IMG/VR virus record: IMGVR_UViG_3300043403_000045
Location: 1-62,698 of that record
DNA from: a virus
Taxonomy: Duplodnaviria > Caudoviricetes
Strand: one strand, 5' to 3'
Length of the DNA: 62,698 nt
Part shown: positions 27,257 through 33,887 of the stretch, piece by piece
Position numbering within the stretch: position 1 is the first letter of the stretch
How the letters are laid out: the number at the start of each line of letters is the position of its first letter
Made by a program: the position numbers and the translations under genes
The notes under the pieces: model-generated
The model's input: the letters and a program-made list of their open reading frames with translations, nothing else
The model's database searches: none
Told to the model about the DNA's origin: nothing

Positions 27257-27499
27257 ATGGAATACTCAAAAGCCTACGCGATAGCTCGTGACTCATCTGA
27301 TTGCAAAGAACATGGACATTGTGCTCCTGAGTCTAAAATATGCCGCATGGGGGCATTCAGTCTAGGTGAATACCCTCCAATTTTCACGCAAGAGAAGGAC
27401 GCTTTTGATTGGGTGGCTACGCTGCCTAAGCACGATCAAGCGTGCCTACGTGTGGTCGTGGTTCGATTAGCTAACTCGAAAACTCAGCCACGCATCTAA
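27257..27499 (+). CDS. Hypothetical protein ending in an attC-like half site
   Basis: ATG follows CCAAGGAATAACTCT; ends ANSKTQPRI. Confidence 0.65.
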   Translation: MEYSKAYAIARDSSDCKEHGHCAPESKICRMGAFSLGEYPPIFTQEKDAFDWVATLPKHDQACLRVVVVRLANSKTQPRI

Positions 27500-27517
27500 A
27501 GCTCTCTCTCCAGCCGA

Positions 27518-28024
27518 TCAGCCTACACGCTCATCGGTTTTTTTGCGCCTATCCACTACCAACACATACACCTTGTCAGCCTTACGATATCTAAAATACT
27601 TAAACACTATCCGCGCCCCTATCACTTTTCGGCCCCACACAATCGCACGCTCAATAGACTCATAATTAACTATCTTACATGCTCCCCTCGCATTCACTGG
27701 CGCATACACACGATACTCATATCTAGCATCCTCCCAGTCTTTATTCCTTTCACCCCCATACACATAGAAACTAGGCAGATATTCCATGTCCATCCCACTA
27801 GTAACATCCACAATATGCGTAGGTGCAATAAAGGAATCCCCATATGCCTTATCAGGCCCAATATAATTATCCGCCTTATTTGCCCGCAACCTTGCTCCAA
27901 CTGCATCCACTTCCCTATACCCATCTGGTATATCTCTCTCCCCCTTAATCATAACTCTCTCCGCTGCCTTCATTAAAACAAAATGCCTCACAATCGATTC
28001 CCATCTATCTGCCTTATATTTCAT
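27518..28024 (-). CDS. Hypothetical protein
   Basis: 168-aa ORF with strong G skew on the coding strand, convergent with the plus-strand operon. Confidence 0.6.
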   Translation of the reverse strand: MKYKADRWESIVRHFVLMKAAERVMIKGERDIPDGYREVDAVGARLRANKADNYIGPDKAYGDSFIAPTHIVDVTSGMDMEYLPSFYVYGGERNKDWEDARYEYRVYAPVNARGACKIVNYESIERAIVWGRKVIGARIVFKYFRYRKADKVYVLVVDRRKKTDERVG

Positions 28025-28034
28025 CTCACATTCC

Positions 28035-28083
28035 GAAAACGTAAATCCCTGAGAAAAGTAAATCCCTGAGAAAAGTAAATCCC
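28035..28083 (+). repeat. 17-bp tandem repeat, about 3 copies
   Basis: GAAAA(C)GTAAATCCCTGA repeated. Confidence 0.85.
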
Positions 28084-28610
28084 ATCCGTTCGCTTTCTGT
28101 CCATTATGCTCCTATTGCCAGCTTTTAATTTTTTTATGCACTCACCTTATCACAAAAACTTGCCTACCGCAACTTCTCTCTCTCTCTACATATTTACCAC
28201 CATTGCCAACACCCCTCTCTCCATTCCTCTTCACACTTCCTGTCCTTATACCTACTTTATCCCAACATTTTCATGCGTGTGTCTTCGGGGATAGACATAT
28301 CCCATTTATCTCAACATTTTTATGTGTGTGTGCTCGGGGAGGGTACAGGGGTCTTTTTATCGGATAGGGGTGGTGGGGGAGGTGGTCCCCTCGTGGGTGG
28401 TGGCTAGGGGAGGGGTGGCACGGTATGGGTGACAAATAAGAGCGGGGAATGGGGTAGATATAGGGGGAGAGAGGGGCGATTCCTAACTAGCTGGAGAATG
28501 CAATGTAAGCTTATTGAGCACGAAGCACTTACGGCAAAATGCGCTTTTTCGATTAGACATAATAGCTATTGTGAGCATGCAGGAATCTACGACGAATCGT
28601 GCACTTTGCC

Positions 28611-28707
28611 TGATCAAATTTAACCAGTGAAGTGATCAATTTTAATCATATGTTCATATTCGTATACGTTGATGTGATCAAATTTGACCAGTGATCAATT
28701 TTAACCA
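28611..28707. promoter_or_regulatory. Four 16-bp imperfect palindromes (operator/iteron-like)
   Basis: TGATCAAWTTTRAYCA at 28611, 28633, 28675 and 28692. Confidence 0.7.
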
Positions 28708-29171
28708 TTTTGGAAGTATTGCTTGGCTAGTGGGAAATGGGTATGAGGCTACCATTTATTGGGTCTATTGACAGGAGAATGGGTAATCTCGCAATGCGCT
28801 CCCCTTTACTCCCTGATTCCCCTACTCCCTCCCTTAGTGCTCTATCTATATCTAGGTGTATTGCGGGGATTTCACCCCCGGCCCCCCCCCAAGTGTAGCT
28901 CTGTGCGCATCGCATTCCATTGCCTTCCCCCCCCTCCCTCTCAATCCTAGGCGGTCTGCGACCGGTTTAGTCCGCAGTCTCCCATGCTTTTGGTGTATTA
29001 TTTTTCAGCTACATCATTATTTTGAGATATTTATTTACTTGATTTGCAACTATTTAGAAATGCGTTTTAATTTTCTGCAAAATAAATCTTGATTTCCCGG
29101 GGAATTGTGCGATTGTTTTTCTCATGCGCATGGAGCGCGATTAGAAAAACCAAACAAAACAATAAAATAAA

Positions 29172-29615
29172 ATGAAAACATCAGAAACGAATCCACTGCT
29201 ACCAGAACCCAATGACTACAAGGAAGCTGCCAAATTTATTGAAAATGAATTTGACGCTTTGGGCATACATTCGACGAGGATGCATGCAGGTTTGAGAGTA
29301 ACTGCTAAATGGAAGCACAATGCTTGGGTATTTACTTTTATAAAACCATATTGCACCTCTTTTACATGTGAATATAAAACAGGGACAGGAATAAAGGAAC
29401 CACCTGAGGTTTGCCGAGTTTTAGCAAACCTTTGCAGGGAGTTTTTGGATAGCGATTGCAGTTTTCCCACATGGTGTGATAACTTTGGATGTGACAAAGA
29501 TAGTCGCAAGGCTTTTGCAATATATGAAGCTTGCCTTAGCACTGGAGACGACCTAAAGAAAATACTCACATATCATCAGATAAAGCGATTTGCTTACCTT
29601 TCAAGCCAGTTGTAA
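29172..29615 (+). CDS. Hypothetical early-type protein
   Basis: A-rich leader; FPTWCDNFGCDKDSRKAFAIYEAC. Confidence 0.75.
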   Translation: MKTSETNPLLPEPNDYKEAAKFIENEFDALGIHSTRMHAGLRVTAKWKHNAWVFTFIKPYCTSFTCEYKTGTGIKEPPEVCRVLANLCREFLDSDCSFPTWCDNFGCDKDSRKAFAIYEACLSTGDDLKKILTYHQIKRFAYLSSQL

Positions 29616-29617
29616 TC

Positions 29618-29698
29618 TGCACTAATTCAACCCTTTTTGCTAATTGTAAAAGTGGAGAGGGTTGGGACTAGCGCAAATAATTTGCTAGAAAACCAAAC
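29618..29698 (+). promoter_or_regulatory. Intergenic hairpin/leader repeat (related copy at 30527-30590)
   Basis: TGCACTAATTCAACCCT pairs with AGGGTTGGGACTAGCGCA; shared AAAAGTGGAGAGGGTTG..ACTAGCGCAA..CTAGAAAA(A)CCAAAC. Confidence 0.6.
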
Positions 29699-29919
29699 TA
29701 AAGACCAATAACATGACCAACAGGCAAGCTTTGAATCTGCATTTGACCAACGATAGTGATGTAATAAAATCCGTTATGATGCTTCGAGTTAAAAGAAGCC
29801 GACTCGTAAAAAGAATGGAGTCAAAGACCTTGGCTCAAAAAATAGAGGCATACAGTGCTTTTGATAATGCCATTTTTCAGGTACAAAAATAAACCCAAAA
29901 GGATAAGAATAACAAACAA

Positions 29920-30132
29920 ATGAACGATAAAAAAATGATCCGCTGGCACAACTCCCCACCCTCTCAAGATGCTCTCCAGGTCCGATGGGGGGCTAAGTGG
30001 GTGGGGTGGCTCACTCCTACAGATGCTCAAGAATTAGCTGGTAAAGCTAAGTATCTTTACTTTCAGAATACCCGCAAGAAAGTGGTTAAAATTCACCCTT
30101 ATTTAAAATCAATAAACACTATATCAAAATGA
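29920..30132 (+). CDS. Hypothetical early-type protein
   Basis: A-rich leader; coupled to the next gene. Confidence 0.6.
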   Translation: MNDKKMIRWHNSPPSQDALQVRWGAKWVGWLTPTDAQELAGKAKYLYFQNTRKKVVKIHPYLKSINTISK

Positions 30133-30506
30133 AAAAATACTTCCTCACAAATTCCCTCGCGGTTAACCCCGCTTTTTCGGTCAAGCTGGCTGATCTTAAT
30201 TACAATGAAAGCTCTAACCGGATGGATGATCGTGGATCACTTTTCGTCGCTCCGGTTTCGCAAACCGGATGGGATGCTCCGGTTGGACTTCTCGCTCTTT
30301 TTGCGAGCACCAACGGAGATCCGATATACCTTGCTCAGATCGAGGAAGATTCGTTGATCTGGGTGGATGGAAACGACGCAGACGTGTTTCCTGAGCACAT
30401 GCGTTTCCCACTCGAAAACGCTAGCTGGGTTGACGTAGCGAATGACGACGCGGCTGAGCTTTTGGAGTTCGTTCGCAATCAGATTCCGGTCAAACAGGAT
30501 GAGTGA
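30129..30506 (+). CDS. Hypothetical acidic protein
   Basis: 125-aa ORF. Confidence 0.7.
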   Translation: MKKYFLTNSLAVNPAFSVKLADLNYNESSNRMDDRGSLFVAPVSQTGWDAPVGLLALFASTNGDPIYLAQIEEDSLIWVDGNDADVFPEHMRFPLENASWVDVANDDAAELLEFVRNQIPVKQDE

Positions 30507-30657
30507 TCGATGAAGAGAGCACAGAAGACCCTTTCTAAAAGTGGAGAGGGTTGAAACTAGCGCAACCAACTTACTAGAAAAACCAAACAAAAATAACAAA
30601 TAAAACAAAAACCAACATGTGTAATTTCAAAAGTGCGCTTACCGAAAACCAATACCA

Positions 30658-30855
30658 ATGAAATTTAATAAACTTTCAAAGTGCAGCGGTTTTAGGAAAC
30701 CCACTAAAATAAACTCGTCTCTAGGCAAATGGATTGTTTATTTTTACAGAGACGGGTTTTCCTGTATCAAAAAAGAATATGCTCTTTTCTCCCGCAAGAA
30801 AGAGGCAAGTGCCTTTTTCTATGCAAACACTCAAACTAAAAATATCTGTTCATAA
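30658..30855 (+). CDS. Hypothetical basic protein
   Basis: A-rich leader GAAAACCAATACCA-ATG. Confidence 0.55.
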   Translation: MKFNKLSKCSGFRKPTKINSSLGKWIVYFYRDGFSCIKKEYALFSRKKEASAFFYANTQTKNICS

Positions 30856-30939
30856 CTTGGTTGCTGAAACCAATATCTATCTATTAGGCATGCACTTAGT
30901 GCAAATATATTACGACAATTAACTGTTCAAAACAAACGG

Positions 30940-31233
30940 TTAGCCTTTAGTGAGCTTACTAAGCATGTAGATTCCTATAGCACTAGTGGAGAGGGCCAAG
31001 CCTGTAGCGAGGGTTTGGCCTATTCCATTTATGCCTAGCCAAGTGGAGAGTGTTACGGAATGACCTATTCCCACCCAAACGCTCGTGCAGAATAGACACG
31101 AAAATAGATCATTTAGAAATGGCAGTTTGCGCATGCGCTTTAGCAGATTGAGAGGGCCGTTCTCTGTACACAGCATGTAAGAGATTCTGAAAGTGGAGAG
31201 TGCGCAAATAACTAGTGCCAAAGTTTCATTCAT
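30940..31233 (-). CDS. DUF1360-like membrane protein
   Basis: TFRISYML..GP..LFSCLFCTSVWVG with transmembrane helices. Confidence 0.65.
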   Translation of the reverse strand: MNETLALVICALSTFRISYMLCTENGPLNLLKRMRKLPFLNDLFSCLFCTSVWVGIGHSVTLSTWLGINGIGQTLATGLALSTSAIGIYMLSKLTKG

Positions 31234-31289
31234 GGTGCTTATAGGAATGATATTTACTGCACTATTGCAAGTTTATAAGTGGAGACGGC

Positions 31290-31625
31290 TTATTTTATCT
31301 TCCAATAGCCTCTAGCAATAGCCAAAGTAGCGCGCTCAAGCGAGCCCGTGCGCCAGTGTTGGCCGTCGATAATTAAATCCACCTGATTGATACGCCCACG
31401 AAGTGAACGGATGATGCGCCAAGTGTGTATCGAACCATCTGCACGGTAGTTTATCCCCTCGCGAATTAACTCCCCGCGCTTGTCGTTAAGTGCCCGCATG
31501 CGGAGGGTGTGTAAGTCCGGCCCTCGCTGCATGCGTTCCCCTGCTTGCACAGCCTGAGAGCGTCGCCCCCATTCGCGAGCGACTGCGTGGCGTTTGTGCT
31601 TCGGGATATTTTGTAGTGCTATCAT
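31290..31625 (-). CDS. Hypothetical Arg-rich protein
   Basis: Start codon lies within attI-like copy 3. Confidence 0.65.
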   Translation of the reverse strand: MIALQNIPKHKRHAVAREWGRRSQAVQAGERMQRGPDLHTLRMRALNDKRGELIREGINYRADGSIHTWRIIRSLRGRINQVDLIIDGQHWRTGSLERATLAIARGYWKIK

Positions 31626-31671
31626 AAGTATTTCTTATTTTGGCGGGCAAGGCATAACAGCCTTGTTAGGC
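31622..31671 (+). mobile_element. attI-like element, copy 3
   Basis: TCATAAGTATTTCTTATTTTGGCGGGCAAGGCATAACAGCCTT-GTTAGGC. Confidence 0.65.
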
Positions 31672-32267
31672 GAACGAAGATGCCGCATGGCGGTGTTGCC
31701 GTAGCGGGGATGCTTGTCGCGGAAGTAGCTGCCGGGATATTCGAGGCGCACGAAGCCGAATCCGGCTCCGCGCCAGCAAGGATGCACCGACACGATGCGC
31801 GCCTCGACATGCTTCCCCGCGCCGAGGATGCGGAATTGGTCGTCGAGCACGCACATGCCTTTGAGGCCGTGATGGTCGATGTTGTTGCGCACGGAAACGG
31901 AACGCCCAACCAGTCCGCCAGAGCCAACGCCGTCAGCGTCGGGGGCGAGTTCCAAAGTCTGTTCAGCGGCGTGGCTCATCGGAAGCGTTCTCCCGAATGA
32001 AGTCCCCGCGCAGATTTCGCATGGAGATTCCGGCAGCTTTAAGCTGTGCGGGCGTGGCTCATCGGAAGCGTTCTCCCGAATGAAGTCCCCGCGCAGATTT
32101 CGCATGGAGATTCCGGCAGCTTTAAGCTGTGCGGGCGTGCGCTCATTGGTTTCGATCACCCGTTCTTCGCAGTTCACGAAGAGGCGGAAGGTTGTCATTT
32201 GTTCGGGAGATTCCTCGCGGAGTGCGTCCACAAGGGCGTCGATTGCTGTTTGTATTTTCGGTGTCAT
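31635..32267 (-). CDS. Two cassette ORFs (MTPKIQ.. from 32267 and MSHAAE.. from 31979) fused in frame by an 83-bp duplication
   Basis: Removing one repeat unit gives ...RENASDEPRR-stop and a separate downstream ORF ending PNKAVMPCPPK. Confidence 0.6.
   Translation of the reverse strand: MTPKIQTAIDALVDALREESPEQMTTFRLFVNCEERVIETNERTPAQLKAAGISMRNLRGDFIRENASDEPRPHSLKLPESPCEICAGTSFGRTLPMSHAAEQTLELAPDADGVGSGGLVGRSVSVRNNIDHHGLKGMCVLDDQFRILGAGKHVEARIVSVHPCWRGAGFGFVRLEYPGSYFRDKHPRYGNTAMRHLRSPNKAVMPCPPK
31904..31993 (+). mobile_element. attC-like site E
   Basis: GCCCAAC-cagtc..GAGCC[A]ACGCCG..loop..CGGCGTGGCTC..GTTCTCC. Confidence 0.8.
31968..32139 (+). repeat. 83-bp perfect tandem duplication
   Basis: 31968-32050 equals 32051-32133, with GGCGTG microhomology at the junctions. 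Confidence 0.9.
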
Positions 32268-32285
32268 ATCGGTATTTCGGAAGAG

Positions 32286-32413
32286 GGAGAACAAGGCGTG
32301 CGAGCTAGGTGCCCAGAGCCAACAGGCGCGGGCGGCACGTTTTCGATAGGTTTCATAGAGTGCTTTCGTCTGGGGTTTTCTGCCGCGCCTGCGGCTCATG
32401 CACGGTGTTCGGG
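32286..32413 (+). mobile_element. attC-like site F
   Basis: GGAGAAC..GAGCC[A]ACAGGCGCGG..loop..CCGCGCCTGCGGCTC..GTTCGGG. Confidence 0.75.
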
Positions 32414-32694
32414 TGAAGCAGGCGCAGGCGGGCGCGGATTTCGGCCCTGATTGCGTGGCGGGCTGCTGCGGCTCCTTCCATGTATTCACTGCACACGGCT
32501 CCGCCGGGGCGCTCCCCGCAGAAGCGGAGCAGCCTTTTCAGTTCTCCCACAGCTTCACCCGAACCCCCGCCCACACCCAACGCGCCTGACTGGGCCTTCT
32601 GTTCGCGCATGGCGTCCACGCGCGCGGCCTGTGAGGGCGTCAGCATGTCGGGATTCGTCGAGAGGAAATTGAGCAGTTTATTGCGGGCGGTCAT
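32353..32694 (-). CDS. Hypothetical cassette protein
   Basis: MTARNKLLNF... reads through half-site G and ends HPNTVHEPQARQKTPDESTL in site F. Confidence 0.55.
   Translation of the reverse strand: MTARNKLLNFLSTNPDMLTPSQAARVDAMREQKAQSGALGVGGGSGEAVGELKRLLRFCGERPGGAVCSEYMEGAAAARHAIRAEIRARLRLLHPNTVHEPQARQKTPDESTL
32558..32607 (+). mobile_element. attC-like half site G (degenerate)
   Basis: CCCGAAC..CACACCCAACGCG left arm; partner arm not found. Confidence 0.5.
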
Positions 32695-33061
32695 TGGAGG
32701 TAGTCGGTTCTGCGCTCGCGGCGCGTTGGTGATCAGTGTCCACGCTTGCGAGCACTCCCGCGCATTCGGCGAGTTGTTCGGCCAGCTTGTCGCATCGGTC
32801 GGCATAGTGCTTCGCCCACTTCGCTTGATCGTCAGCGTCTGTTTTTGCATTTGTTAGCATCGCCTGCATTGCGCGCATTTGAGCCTCTGAGTAGCCGTCA
32901 TAGAAAGCTTGCGGTTGCTGTGAGGCGTCCGCTGCCTCCACCCATTGGGTTAGCCGAGTTTCGATTTCGCGAGCTACGCGGGCGGGTATCACGTCGCGAT
33001 CCCCGTATCGGTCGGCACTTTTTTCACACGAGTCTGTTATTGGTGTTTTTGATATTGTCAT
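32678..33061 (-). CDS. Hypothetical protein
   Basis: MTISKTPITD..VAREIE; GC-rich. Confidence 0.7.
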   Translation of the reverse strand: MTISKTPITDSCEKSADRYGDRDVIPARVAREIETRLTQWVEAADASQQPQAFYDGYSEAQMRAMQAMLTNAKTDADDQAKWAKHYADRCDKLAEQLAECAGVLASVDTDHQRAASAEPTTSNDRPQ

Positions 33062-33080
33062 AGGTTTAAGATTTTGTGTC

Positions 33081-33506
33081 TCAGGTGCTCGGAGAAACAA
33101 GGCGCCGGTCGAAATTTAGATCCATTTGAGCATCTATTGCTGCGCGGATGTCGCGGGTGTTTCCCGTCTGATTTGCGGGCAGGCCGATGCCCCATCCGCG
33201 CTCTAGCAGCCCATCAAAGTCATACCCCCAATCTTCAAGCCAATCAATGCGCTTCTTATCCTCGCAAAGAACGGCGATTGCTTCATCTGTTTTTAGTCCT
33301 CCTGCATGATTCGTAGCACCTTCGAGCACACGGATGCGCGAAGCTTGGTTTTTGATTTTCTCGCGCATTACAGCGGCCTCGCTTTCAAGCCGAGCTATTT
33401 TATCGTCTTTCGTTGAGGCCAAGACGAATTGGCCGTTTTCCCATGTTCCTTGCATATTGTGTTTTCGTTGAGTTTTTAAGAGGTCGAGCCATTGCCTTAC
33501 AGACAA
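33081..33506 (-). CDS. Hypothetical protein
   Basis: Coiled coil, EDKKRIDWLE..RAAIDA; true start may be 33455. Confidence 0.65.
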   Translation of the reverse strand: MSVRQWLDLLKTQRKHNMQGTWENGQFVLASTKDDKIARLESEAAVMREKIKNQASRIRVLEGATNHAGGLKTDEAIAVLCEDKKRIDWLEDWGYDFDGLLERGWGIGLPANQTGNTRDIRAAIDAQMDLNFDRRLVSPST

Positions 33507-33542
33507 CTCACTTCGCTCGTGTCTGAAGAGCGTTTGTTAGGC
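33484..33542 (+). mobile_element. attC-like site H (degenerate left box)
   Basis: CAGAC[A]AC..GTGTCTG..GTTAGGC. Confidence 0.55.
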
Positions 33543-33817
33543 CATGCTTGCTCGTGCATCGCGTTAACGAAGGCGGCGAGTGCTTCCGCGCCATCGTCGC
33601 CGAGATAGAACATATCGCCGTCGCCCGAGTGCGTTTCGAGCGTAATTGGGTTTGTCCCGTCTGCGGCGATTATGGCCGCGACATGCGGACGCTTGTAGTG
33701 CGGTTTCATTGCGTGAAATTCGATTTTCCACGGTGCGGGAAATCCTTCCGTCAGCGCAGCAAAGAGCACTGAACCGGGCGTATACCCAACGCGGGAAGTG
33801 TCAGTTGTACTTTCCAT
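33497..33817 (-). CDS. Hypothetical cassette protein
   Basis: MESTTDTSRVGYTPGSV (attC-arm-encoded leader, half site 33768-33795) to ..WPNKRSSDTSEVSCL. Confidence 0.7.
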   Translation of the reverse strand: MESTTDTSRVGYTPGSVLFAALTEGFPAPWKIEFHAMKPHYKRPHVAAIIAADGTNPITLETHSGDGDMFYLGDDGAEALAAFVNAMHEQAWPNKRSSDTSEVSCL

Positions 33818-33887
33818 TATTTTTTGATCCCTAAACCCTGCACATCCTCTTATTTTCTTCAATAAAATAATTAAAACAAATTGTAAG

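Noticed and set aside
28106-29092. Short ORFs in the skewed region
   Set aside because: Low-complexity translations in repeat-rich DNA without start context.
31635-32850. Full-length 284-aa and 165-aa minus-strand ORFs and the overlapping plus-strand ORFs
   Set aside because: These are stop-poor GC-rich shadow frames; coupled starts at 32267 and 32694 are more plausible.
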